Positions 27,595-36,538 of a stretch of 41,286 nt of DNA are shown here, in pieces. The translations under genes were made by a program, and so were the position numbers. The DNA is from a virus (Duplodnaviria; Caudoviricetes): positions 1-41,286 of the IMG/VR virus record IMGVR_UViG_3300049015_000086, one strand, 5' to 3'. The notes under the pieces were generated by a model. It did not search any database. It was not told where the DNA came from and was given only the letters and a program-made list of their open reading frames with translations. Each line of letters begins with the position of its first letter. Position 1 is the stretch's first letter.

Positions 27595-28920
27595 TTAACC
27601 CACTCTCACTTTCGTTACATAACTCTTCCGCAGCGCAAACCAGTACCGCATCATGATGCTGTCCCACTCATCGGGGGAGCGGCCTATGAGTTCTTTTATG
27701 CGGTCTTTCGGGATGATGGCCTGGCGGCCGTCCTTGTCTATATCCTTTAGCTTTACCTGCTCCATTTCTTCCGATGTGGTTTGCTGAACGGCATCGTCAT
27801 CGCAGACTTCCCCTGCCAAACGGTTCACGATCATCTCGGCCATCTTTATGGAACACTGGCTCTTCAGGTTGTCGTAGTTGGGCTTCACATAAACACTCCC
27901 CTCCAACATCTCCAGCGGACTCAAGTTGTTCACAAAGCCCTTGCACTTCAGGAAATCGACCACGCCACCGCCCACACCGTCTTCATCGGCAATGATGTTG
28001 GATAGCGCTATGCCGTAGCGTGATTGCAAAATCCGTGCGCGGCCTACCACTTCGTCAATCCCACTTTTAGCGATTGACTCCCGCTTTATACACACCCACC
28101 CGTGCCAAACCCGGTACACTGTTTTGTCCTTTCCCTTACGGGCAACATCTATCGTCATGTATTTGATGCCCTCAGGGGTGAGGTGCGTCGGACTAAAGAA
28201 ATCGGCGATGCTGTCATGGTCAATCAGCGTAGCAGGGTCATCGTCATACTCCCAGTTGCCATAGTACAGGCGTTCGCGGCTGTTCTTGTCGAGCCGGAGC
28301 AGCGACTGCAAATAGCTGGGGTGCAGGTGCGGATTGTCAGTTGGCAGGCTTTGTATGAACCGACGGTAGGGCGGGAGCGAACCGTCACGGCAGGGTTTGT
28401 AGAATTCTTTGTACGCCCAGTTCTTGGACGGATTGCAACTGCCCAATAGCTTCGGTATCAACCCGTGTTCGGTGAGCTTGTAGCGTATGCGGCTCTTTAC
28501 GATCTGCCACGCGTGGTAGGCCACCTGGTTGCATTCGTCAATGAACGCACCGGAGATTTCAAGTGAGCCAAGGCTGTCAAAATTCGGGTCGGAAGGGTAG
28601 TGGAACAGGTCTTTGAGCAAAATCTCGCTACCGTTGTTCCACCGTATGATGTGCTCCTGCGCCCGGTAGTGGAACTGCCCCGAGAGCTTAAGGCTGGTGG
28701 CCAACTCAAAGAACGTATTGAGCGTTGTTTCTTTAAGGTTCTTGAGCTTTGACCGACCCATAAGCCAACGTGTTCCGGGATATTTCTGGCACATTTCCAT
28801 GAGCCAAAGGCAGCCCAACGCACTCTTGCCGCCGCCTGCCGCACCGCCGTAGAGCACTTCTTCGGTGGTGGTGTCTTTCAGGAACCAGATGGCGTGTTCC
28901 TGCTTAGCCAGTAATTTCAT
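27595..28920 (-). CDS. terL: Terminase large subunit
   Basis: Walker A YGGAAGGGKS, Walker B FIDEC, SCNP coupling motif, nuclease residues IDVARKGKD, DEDGVGGG and RSPDEWD. Confidence 0.95.
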   Translation of the reverse strand: MKLLAKQEHAIWFLKDTTTEEVLYGGAAGGGKSALGCLWLMEMCQKYPGTRWLMGRSKLKNLKETTLNTFFELATSLKLSGQFHYRAQEHIIRWNNGSEILLKDLFHYPSDPNFDSLGSLEISGAFIDECNQVAYHAWQIVKSRIRYKLTEHGLIPKLLGSCNPSKNWAYKEFYKPCRDGSLPPYRRFIQSLPTDNPHLHPSYLQSLLRLDKNSRERLYYGNWEYDDDPATLIDHDSIADFFSPTHLTPEGIKYMTIDVARKGKDKTVYRVWHGWVCIKRESIAKSGIDEVVGRARILQSRYGIALSNIIADEDGVGGGVVDFLKCKGFVNNLSPLEMLEGSVYVKPNYDNLKSQCSIKMAEMIVNRLAGEVCDDDAVQQTTSEEMEQVKLKDIDKDGRQAIIPKDRIKELIGRSPDEWDSIMMRYWFALRKSYVTKVRVG

Positions 28921-29437
28921 CGTCTAGCGGGTTGTGGCCGGAGCCCAAATTGAGCGTTACCGCCTTCGCGGAATCGTCTTCGCTGTCGTCGTACTTCTCG
29001 TTCCACTGGCGTGGGTTGCGGTTGCGCAGCCAGAACTGCTGGCTGCGGAAGTCGGCAGGAATGTGCTTGTCCACCTCCACAATTTCAATGCGTTCCTTTT
29101 CCACGCGCTTGCCGTTATCGTCGTAGTAGATCTCCTTGCACTTAATGGCCTGCTTGGTGGTAATTACCCTGTCGATGGTGGCTGCATACAGCGAAACGGC
29201 AACTTCCATGTCGGCTGCCTTTTTGCCGCGCAATAATGCATCGGCAAAGGCGGGGTGGGTGCGCTTCCAGGTGTTGAAGGTACTGCGGCATACGCCAAAG
29301 AATGCGGTTATTTCTTTATCGGTCGCTCCAAGGAGGCAGAGTTTGTAGGCCTGGTCGGGGAACGCTTCACTGTAGGTTGTTTTCGGGTTGCGGGTTTTGG
29401 GTTGTGTGTTTCGTGTTGGCTCTGGCGGAGCTTTCAT
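28904..29437 (-). CDS. terS: Terminase small subunit
   Basis: HTH GATDKEITAFFGVCRSTFNTWKR and FWLRNRNPRQW; overlaps the terL start. Confidence 0.88.
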   Translation of the reverse strand: MKAPPEPTRNTQPKTRNPKTTYSEAFPDQAYKLCLLGATDKEITAFFGVCRSTFNTWKRTHPAFADALLRGKKAADMEVAVSLYAATIDRVITTKQAIKCKEIYYDDNGKRVEKERIEIVEVDKHIPADFRSQQFWLRNRNPRQWNEKYDDSEDDSAKAVTLNLGSGHNPLDDEITG

Positions 29438-29601
29438 TGGGGTTGGGTTAGGGAAGTATTGGTAATGAAAAAAGGGAAAAATGTTCCCGTCTTAAAGCCA
29501 TTGTTTAGATTAGGTTTGTGGTATAACTTTAAAATGAGAAATATGGATGTAGTGATGTTGGTGCTTATTTACATTATAATGTTAGAAGCAAAGAGGTAAA
29601 G

Positions 29602-29627
29602 AAAAAGCCTCATTAATTTGAGGCTTT
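29602..29627. terminator. Intrinsic terminator closing the kinase/DUF3037 operon
   Basis: AAAAAGCCTCA-ttaatt-TGAGGCTTT. Confidence 0.75.
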
Positions 29628-29637
29628 ATAATTTAAT

Positions 29638-30504
29638 TTAATCTTTCGTTATCGCCTTTATTGCCTTTAAAGAATATTGCTTGATTTTATCTTCTTCTAT
29701 GATAGAAGCATGTTTAATTTTTTCTAATAAACTAATAGCATGATCATAATCTTTATAGAGAGACTTAGAACTGGGTCTGCCAATAATTAAATCATACCTT
29801 AAATTATTTTCTTCTGCCTCATTTTCCAAATCAATAAACTGCCCCAGATTTTTATATGCTTTGTCTGCGATACTTTTAGATTCCTTTAAATCAAAACTAA
29901 TAGGCTTAACTAAATTAAGTGTCCCATTTTGCCATGCATAGTCAAATTTAAACTCATTTCCAGTTTCATTAGTCAAGATATAATCTTTATAAAATCTTTT
30001 TTTTGATTTATTAATTGAATTGATGTCAATACCTCTTATATACTCATAAAACTTCTCTGATAATTGAGGTTCTTTTGGAAGATGTGAATTTAACTTTAAG
30101 TCATCAATAAAATGTTTTTGTAATAGGCTTTCCTCTATAAAAGAGTTTTCAAAATCATTTTGAAGATTAGATTTACATTTTGAAAATTGTAGAACAGTAC
30201 TATCAACTGGTAAGACATATTTTGCTAGGAAAGTATCTAAATATTCAATTTCATTATGATGAAAAATATCTTGCTTTATATCTAAGGATTTTAATCTTCT
30301 ATCAATTTGTTTTAAATATTCTTTTAGCGCTCTTTCAGGTACATTATTATATATATATTTTACCCTGCTTAAGTTTTTAGAATAAGTAAAATAAAATTTA
30401 CAGTTGTTACTAAAATATATCAATAAGCCCACATTGATACTCTCATCAAGGAATGGCGAATGTTTATACTTGAGTAAGCAATATTTATAAAAATTTGTTT
30501 TCAT
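29638..30504 (-). CDS. DUF3037-like protein with a C-terminal nuclease-like (PD-(D/E)XK-type) region
   Basis: N-terminal YCLLKYKHSPFLDESINVGLL; C-terminal FKFDYAWQNGTLNLVKPISFDL; ATGA overlap with the kinase. Confidence 0.7.
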   Translation of the reverse strand: MKTNFYKYCLLKYKHSPFLDESINVGLLIYFSNNCKFYFTYSKNLSRVKYIYNNVPERALKEYLKQIDRRLKSLDIKQDIFHHNEIEYLDTFLAKYVLPVDSTVLQFSKCKSNLQNDFENSFIEESLLQKHFIDDLKLNSHLPKEPQLSEKFYEYIRGIDINSINKSKKRFYKDYILTNETGNEFKFDYAWQNGTLNLVKPISFDLKESKSIADKAYKNLGQFIDLENEAEENNLRYDLIIGRPSSKSLYKDYDHAISLLEKIKHASIIEEDKIKQYSLKAIKAITKD

Positions 30505-31319
30505 TTTACAATCGTTGTGAAATGCGAGTTTAAAAAAATGATATTAGTTTTAGCCCAATTTAGGTATGCAAAAATTTTATTTCTGTCTCCATAATTGATT
30601 TTGTAATCATCCATTTCATCGAAAAGAGTGTTGAATTTGTCAATACGAATATATCGTAAACTTTCGAAAAATTCTACGAATAAGTTATCTTTTGATCTTA
30701 ACGCTCTGAGATGTCTGGTTAGTATATGTCTTTCATATTGATAATTTCTAATATAATTATGGTAATTTGGGTTTTCGCTTGTATTATTTATAAAAGGCAA
30801 GGTAAGTTCATGATCTATAAGTAAGATTTCACGATCATTGATTAATAGATTAGGTTTGTCACGATAACCACCTCTATCTACATTTAGCACAAGATTATCA
30901 AAGCAAAATAAATTCTCTATATCGTAATCTTTAATGAATGGCAATGACACTAATGGACTAAAAATTAAATATTGCCCCATGAATTCACTGCAAAATTTAT
31001 AACCATTATCTAATTTGTTTATTCTATCTAATTCGTCATCGGTGAGTTCAGTACCCGATCCTTCATAAAAATTTAAAATATCTTCTTTACGTATCTTGAT
31101 GAGAGCATAATCGGGTACAGACAGCGCAAATTCCTTTGCCAATTCATTGATAAATATTTCTTTAGCAACAGAATAATTCTGTTCGATATTATCAGTCTTG
31201 AAAAGTTTAACCACATATTGCTTCGCTTTTTTATCTTCAGCTACCGCAGTTATCAGCAAAGGTTTAGAACTTCCGCCGGCGGCCAGACCATCAATACTTA
31301 CTAATTTTAGTACCTGCAT
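30501..31319 (-). CDS. HipA-like Ser/Thr kinase
   Basis: Gly loop AGGSSKP, YVVK lysine, helix Glu (KEIFINELA), catalytic FDNLVLNVDR..PNLL, metal-binding LIDHE. Confidence 0.85.
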   Translation of the reverse strand: MQVLKLVSIDGLAAGGSSKPLLITAVAEDKKAKQYVVKLFKTDNIEQNYSVAKEIFINELAKEFALSVPDYALIKIRKEDILNFYEGSGTELTDDELDRINKLDNGYKFCSEFMGQYLIFSPLVSLPFIKDYDIENLFCFDNLVLNVDRGGYRDKPNLLINDREILLIDHELTLPFINNTSENPNYHNYIRNYQYERHILTRHLRALRSKDNLFVEFFESLRYIRIDKFNTLFDEMDDYKINYGDRNKIFAYLNWAKTNIIFLNSHFTTIVK

Positions 31320-31527
31320 TTCATTTTTTTAGTATGCGAAATGTAGGAAATAATTTTAACATTATAAATTTAATGTAATTCATTTAGTTAGAGTGAGTGT
31401 TTATGAACACTTTAACCCTTAGCTTATTTACAATAAAGTGCTACATAAAGTCTCCAGACTTAAGCCATTTAGATCACCACATCGTCCCTCCTCGCAAACT
31501 ACAAAGTGGTTCGACAAACCAAATGAC

Positions 31528-31710
31528 ATACCCCCAATCCCTCTCAAGAGGGGAATAACTTCACTCATTATAAATAGAGATTCTTCGACTTCGCTGCGCT
31601 GCGCTCAGAATGGAAAAGCACCGTTCCGGTAAAACCACTGACCACACTTAAGTAAAGTTCGCTCCCCTCTCCTTCGGAGAGTCCCGATAGCTATCGGGAG
31701 GGGGTGAGGA
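31528..31710. repeat. REP-like cluster with a TCCCGATAGCTATCGGGA palindrome nested in a REP
   Basis: Palindromes near 31530, 31577 and 31663; perfect 18-bp palindrome at 31682-31699. Confidence 0.8.
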
Positions 31711-31900
31711 CTGACGCGTTACATAGAAAAATCAGTGGAAATGTTTCTGATCAGTTCAATCTGTGTTCCCTTCTTCGAAAGCTCAGCTGCCTGCACTCCG
31801 TGTCGTAAGAATATCATCAAATCTTTATCTAAATATTAACTATTGCGTATTGGCTATTTTGATGCTTTGGTTGTAAATTCGGTCAAAAAATTCTATTGCT

Positions 31901-32131
31901 ATGACTGACAACCTGTTTACTTCATTTATGAATTTCATTTATGCAAATGATAAAGATCTGGCGCAGCACTATTGCAATCTCATCACCGATTACTTCCAGG
32001 CACGCCGAAAAGACCTGACCGTGTGGAATCAGCTGGTCCACGATTATTTTAAGGATAATTATGTGCCAAAAATGAATATCCAGGCCGCATTGAAACAGGA
32101 ATTCCACAGGCTTACCAGCAGTCCGCAGTAA
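31901..32131 (+). CDS. Small hypothetical protein
   Basis: ATG start after AT-rich leader, 76 aa, convergent with the next gene. Confidence 0.5.
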   Translation: MTDNLFTSFMNFIYANDKDLAQHYCNLITDYFQARRKDLTVWNQLVHDYFKDNYVPKMNIQAALKQEFHRLTSSPQ

Positions 32132-32134
32132 TTA

Positions 32135-32359
32135 TTATTTAAATATTTTTCCTGCCTTCTTTATAAGCAGTAGTTGCTTTGCTTTAAAGATCGCTTTGCA
32201 CATGCGTAGCTTAGCCAGCCATTTTACCATAACCGCCCCCGGTATCAGGTCAAGGTAGAGCATCAGGGATTTTTTCTCTTGTTCGGAATATACATATTCT
32301 ACGGTCATGAGCGGCCCCCCTGTCTTAGCCTGAACGGTATCACCAATATTTAGTTTCAT
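32135..32359 (-). CDS. DUF2158 (YodC-like) small protein
   Basis: IGDTVQAKTGGPLMTV ... VKW signature. Confidence 0.7.
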   Translation of the reverse strand: MKLNIGDTVQAKTGGPLMTVEYVYSEQEKKSLMLYLDLIPGAVMVKWLAKLRMCKAIFKAKQLLLIKKAGKIFK

Positions 32360-32668
32360 AATAAGCTAAGGTGGTGAAAGTTAATGGCGTGGCTCATTAA
32401 TTAACGCAGTATTGTGATATGGACTTCCCGGCTTCTCTAAGATTGCCGCGCTACGCCCGCATGACAAGAATACGCTCCGGCTTTCAGCCGCCCTTCTCAA
32501 GAGGGGAACAGCTTCAATCATTCTTTTAGAGATTCTTCGATTTTGTTTCACCAGCCTTTCAGGAAATTAAGACAAATGTTGTAAGTATTAGATGCGATAC
32601 CATAAAAGAATACTATTGAAATTTATTACTTTCGCTGTATCATAAATGATTCTTTAAACCATTAAGAA

Positions 32669-33097
32669 ATGCGAAGAAACGGCGAAATCATTATTATTGA
32701 AGATGATGAAGAAGAGATAAACATTATAGAAATGGCGTTTACCAAACTCGGCTATCCTAATAAGATCACTTTTATTGCCGACAGTACCCAGGTTATCGAC
32801 TATTTGTCTAATGACAGCGTAAACCCGTTCCTTATTATTTCTGACATAAACATGCCGAAACTCGACGGGTATACCCTGAGGGGGCTCATCTCCAATGATC
32901 CGCAGCTGGCTGGGAAGTGCGTACCTTATATTTTCCTGAGCACGTCAGACCTCAATGAGCATGTAATCAAGGCTTATAAAATGTCGGTACAGGGGTATTT
33001 CAGGAAGCCTTCGGGTTTTAATGATTACTCGAAAATGCTGGAAAAGATCGTAACGTACTGGAAGGAAAGCATTGTCCCAAAACCTGAGGTAGCATAG
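32669..33097 (+). CDS. Single-domain response regulator receiver
   Basis: IIIIEDD, IISDINMP (phospho-acceptor Asp), FLSTS, YFRKP. Confidence 0.92.
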   Translation: MRRNGEIIIIEDDEEEINIIEMAFTKLGYPNKITFIADSTQVIDYLSNDSVNPFLIISDINMPKLDGYTLRGLISNDPQLAGKCVPYIFLSTSDLNEHVIKAYKMSVQGYFRKPSGFNDYSKMLEKIVTYWKESIVPKPEVA

Positions 33098-33220
33098 GCT
33101 GCATGCACACTATTCCATCCTTTCGCTGCCATCCGGCAAATTTTATTTTTATTCGCTAAAATAGGCGTGGTTCCGCCAAAATATTATAAAAGCCCCCGGT
33201 AAAGGAGGCTCTATAATAAT

Positions 33221-33508
33221 TTAGAAATCGAACAGGTCACCAAGGAAAGAGTCGCGCTTTTTCTTTTTGTAGTATTCGTCGTTGTGGCGCGGGTCGTTGC
33301 TGTGGCGGTGGTCTTTATCATGTCCGTACTGCTGTTGCGGGGGACGCTGCGTTTGCTGTGGCTGTTGGTTAAACGTCATGGAGCGCTCAATGATCTTATC
33401 GAGCTCGCCACGGTCCAGCCATACGCCACGGCAAGATGGGCAATAATCTATTTCTACGCCGCTGCGGTCGGCCATTACGAGCGTTGCATCACAATTGGGG
33501 CATTTCAT
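33221..33508 (-). CDS. zf-TFIIB-like zinc-ribbon protein
   Basis: MKCPNC..GVEIDYCPSCRGVWLDRGELDKI and KKKRDSFLGDLFDF tail. Confidence 0.88.
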   Translation of the reverse strand: MKCPNCDATLVMADRSGVEIDYCPSCRGVWLDRGELDKIIERSMTFNQQPQQTQRPPQQQYGHDKDHRHSNDPRHNDEYYKKKKRDSFLGDLFDF

Positions 33509-33617
33509 ATTTTAGCATTTTTAGTTTATATGTGTTTCAGTATTTAGCTAAGTTAAGAATTCCAACTGTGACGTACAACGGGGGCGTGGGGAGATTTTAC
33601 CCAAAGCGGCTGAAGTA

Positions 33618-33947
33618 TTAACGACGCTTCAAAGGTATTTTTATACTATCGGGCCTACCGCTTGTTAATATAAAGTACTTGCCAAACCAGACGGCAACTT
33701 CGCTCTTAGACATGCCCGTGTAAGGCAGGTGCCTGGCAATTGCTATCTCTACAATGCGGAGGTCAATTATGGTATGGCGTGGACGGTACAACTCCAGAAA
33801 TGTATTGGCAAACAAAAGTACTTCATATCCTTGCCCTGTGTCCATGATTTCCGTTCCCAGGTCGTGAGCGGCCGGGTTGTCCCTGTTGTCCACTGTCCAG
33901 GTATAATGTTTTAGCTTAAGGTCGCTTTTATTGTAGTTAAGTTCCAT
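33618..33947 (-). CDS. Hypothetical protein
   Basis: ATG ORF of 109 aa, protein-like composition. Confidence 0.55.
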   Translation of the reverse strand: MELNYNKSDLKLKHYTWTVDNRDNPAAHDLGTEIMDTGQGYEVLLFANTFLELYRPRHTIIDLRIVEIAIARHLPYTGMSKSEVAVWFGKYFILTSGRPDSIKIPLKRR

Positions 33948-34100
33948 GAAGACAGTATTATAAGTATAAAATTACCGATTTCTGGAACTTATAATATTAC
34001 ATCATTAAGGTGAAATCTTGCATAAAGAAGTCATGCAAAATGCGATAAATATAAACAAATTGATACCTTAGCGCTAAGCAACCAAAACCTACCTAAACCC

Positions 34101-34451
34101 ATGACGCTTCCGCAAAAGATAATGCTGCCATTTATCGCCATCCTTATAAACGCTGTAATAATATTCGCCGCATTTAAGCTATTCCCCGATTTTGGTGATA
34201 ACAAGGAAATGGGCATGGTTTTTTTGGGCGCAATACCCTTTGTACTTTTAAGTGTCTTCACGGCACTGGTCGTTGCCCTCTGGCTTCCTAAATGGTTTTA
34301 CGTTACTGCTGTGGTGCTGTGCGGAGTGCTATGGTTCAATAGCGAAGGAGCGGTAGATAACCGGTTTACGTGGTTCCTTACCAATGTTGTTTCGATTGCG
34401 ATTGCCTATAACATCCTCAAATATATGCAGGTAAAGAAAGGCAGGCTTTAG
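34101..34451 (+). CDS. Small four-TM membrane protein
   Basis: Four hydrophobic segments and basic C-terminus. Confidence 0.7.
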   Translation: MTLPQKIMLPFIAILINAVIIFAAFKLFPDFGDNKEMGMVFLGAIPFVLLSVFTALVVALWLPKWFYVTAVVLCGVLWFNSEGAVDNRFTWFLTNVVSIAIAYNILKYMQVKKGRL

Positions 34452-34457
34452 CATCCT

Positions 34458-34844
34458 TCAGCCGCGCATATATATTCCCTGGAGTACGTGTACAAGCTCA
34501 TCGTAGCTGTCGGGCTTAGTTATGCACCGGGCCGCCAGTTGTTTGATCTTTTCTTTACAAACTTCAATGTAATTGGTAGTGGAGTAAATAAATATATGTA
34601 TTAGCTTTAGCGAAGGTACCTTACTGACTTCTTCCATGAATTCGACGCCGTTCATGCGAGGCATGTTCAGGTCAAGGAATATCACGTCGGGCAACGCAGT
34701 GTCCTGCATTAATTTCCCAAGCGCATCTTCGGCACTGTCGTATGCCGTACAATTTATTGCGGGAGATATCTTGCCGGTCGCGTCAATGAAAAGTTCCCGA
34801 TCGTCGCGGTCATCATCGATGAGTACAACATTTGTGAATTTCAT
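34458..34844 (-). CDS. Single-domain response regulator receiver
   Basis: VVLIDDD, IFLDLNMP, IYSTT, ITKP. Confidence 0.92.
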   Translation of the reverse strand: MKFTNVVLIDDDRDDRELFIDATGKISPAINCTAYDSAEDALGKLMQDTALPDVIFLDLNMPRMNGVEFMEEVSKVPSLKLIHIFIYSTTNYIEVCKEKIKQLAARCITKPDSYDELVHVLQGIYMRG

Positions 34845-34966
34845 GATAGTGTTGTTATTTGGTATAGTAAAGCACGCTAAAAAATGGCTATTATATGCAT
34901 TAATAGTTATAATTTGGCTTATATATAACGTATATAAGAATTATCTTCTTATAAAAAATAGAAAAA

Positions 34967-34982
34967 CAGTATGTCAAAGAAC
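34967..34982 (-). promoter_or_regulatory. boxA-like antitermination sequence, copy 1
   Basis: Minus strand GTTCTTTGACATACTG, resembling rrn boxA; inside a 28-bp stretch repeated exactly at 35549-35576. Confidence 0.5.
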
Positions 34983-35010
34983 GGAGAGGAAGTATTTTGA
35001 ATTGTGAATG

Positions 35011-35147
35011 TCCTCACCCCCGGCCCCTCTCCGAAGGAGAGGGGAGTAGCTTCACTTAGCCTGCGCTCGACTTCCGATAGCTATCGGGACAGCGTGACTG
35101 CGGGGACTTCTGAGTGAAGTTGTCATCCTGAGCTTGTCGAAGGATCT
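35011..35147. repeat. Composite REP unit, duplicated at 35629-35750
   Basis: Same module order; 36-bp identity 35112-35147 vs 35715-35750. Confidence 0.8.
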
Positions 35148-35212
35148 GTCATAGTCGAATATAATATGGCGAGCTTCTCTTGCAGAGATTGAATATTATT
35201 TATATTAGCGGC

Positions 35213-35581
35213 ATGTTTTACGAATTAACCACTGGCCTTAGATTCTTTATGACTATCATAGCCGCGACACTCGTTGTCGTGGGCTGTTGTATATATGCAT
35301 TGTTCGACCCGGGGCCGCATGTGCTTCTTTATCTTATTGCTTCGTTGATGCTACTCAACTTTTCAGTTTTTGGCGGCCTTGTTTTTTCATGGTTATCAAA
35401 ATCTCATTATTTTTTTATTGCTTCAATTATTGCTATGTTTATAATAGCGGCAGGTTATACAGTATTGGTTGAGGATATATTCATATTCCTGCCGCTATCA
35501 CTATTTTCCATAATTGCCTCTTACTTTATAGTTAGAAGCTCTGGTAAAAAAAACAGTATGTCAAAGAACGGAGAGGTATAA
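35213..35581 (+). CDS. Small four-TM membrane protein, possible distant paralog of 34101..34451
   Basis: ATG 35213; four hydrophobic segments; FSVFGGLVFSWL vs LSVFTALVVALWL. Confidence 0.65.
   Translation: MFYELTTGLRFFMTIIAATLVVVGCCIYALFDPGPHVLLYLIASLMLLNFSVFGGLVFSWLSKSHYFFIASIIAMFIIAAGYTVLVEDIFIFLPLSLFSIIASYFIVRSSGKKNSMSKNGEV
35554..35569 (-). promoter_or_regulatory. boxA-like antitermination sequence, copy 2
   Basis: Minus strand GTTCTTTGACATACTG, about 435 bp downstream of the replication genes. Confidence 0.5.
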
Positions 35582-35582
35582 T

Positions 35583-35990
35583 TCTTCTTTTGTCTTGAAA
35601 CAAGAGAAGCAAAAGTTCAGGCAGCCGACCTCACCCCAGCCCTCTCCAAAGGAGAGGGAGCAGCTTCACTAAACCTGCGCTTTGACAGGGCTCGGTGTGA
35701 ATATAGTTACGCAGGAGTGAAGTTGTCATCCTGAGCTTGTCGAAGGATCTCATTCAGTTCTTCTTTTGTCTTGAAACAAAAGAAGCAAAAATTCAAGGCT
35801 GCGACTTCTTAGGCTACAAATCAATAGCAATTGCTAAAACATCTGAACTCGCTGCGCTCAGGCAGCAGATGTTTCTTTACGCATTTGCTCCTGATTTGCT
35901 TAACGCCACAAAGCCGAATGCCATAGCTTCACTCCAATATACCCGTCGTTTGCTCCCCTCTCCTTGGGAGAGGGGCCGGGGGAGAGGACT
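35583..35990. repeat. REP/MITE-like cluster including a long-hairpin element (35761-35934) related to 11778-11971
   Basis: ttcttttgtcttgaaacaaaagaagcaaaa..ggct start and atgccatagcttcactc end shared. Confidence 0.8.
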
Positions 35991-36004
35991 AACAAATCAA
36001 CAAC

Positions 36005-36538
36005 TCACCGCTTCTTCCATATCCTCCTCAAATTATTCGAGTAATCAAACTCGCTGCGGGAACTGAAGTCGCGGTGCGAGCGAAGCGTGTATTCTTCAGC
36101 TACCTGGCACCGCTGCTCAAAGTAATCTTTAAAGTAAGCCAACACCTTAGGTATCGTCAGGCTCTCGTAGAACTCGCCATAACTGCCTGATATCACCCTG
36201 CGGAAGAGGTACGTGAGGTCGCTCACCTTCAGGGTATAATAAGCCTCATTTATCTCCAGCGCGCACAGCTCTATCTGGTCTTCGGTCATGGGCTTGTTCA
36301 GGTTCAGGATGTCGTTCAGGTACACCAGCCACGCCATGGTAAAGCCTATCGTGAATTCCTTCCCCTTAACCCGCTGCAGGGTGCCTATTGTAGGCGCTTG
36401 TGCATTCATGGCACTGGCAATGGTTGGCAGCTTTGTGGCGTGCTTCATGCAATTACCCGGACTGTAAACGCTGAGCAATCTTTCGTTTGAAGTCGTCGCT
36501 ATAGCGCACTTTGCTCTTTCCTGCGGCAGGTTTTCCAT
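36005..36538 (-). CDS. Phage protein downstream of the replication initiator (possible helicase-loader-like)
   Basis: MTEDQIELCA..YYTLKVSDL..FRRVISGSYGEFY pattern; synteny; alternative start 36448. Confidence 0.6.
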   Translation of the reverse strand: MENLPQERAKCAIATTSNERLLSVYSPGNCMKHATKLPTIASAMNAQAPTIGTLQRVKGKEFTIGFTMAWLVYLNDILNLNKPMTEDQIELCALEINEAYYTLKVSDLTYLFRRVISGSYGEFYESLTIPKVLAYFKDYFEQRCQVAEEYTLRSHRDFSSRSEFDYSNNLRRIWKKR

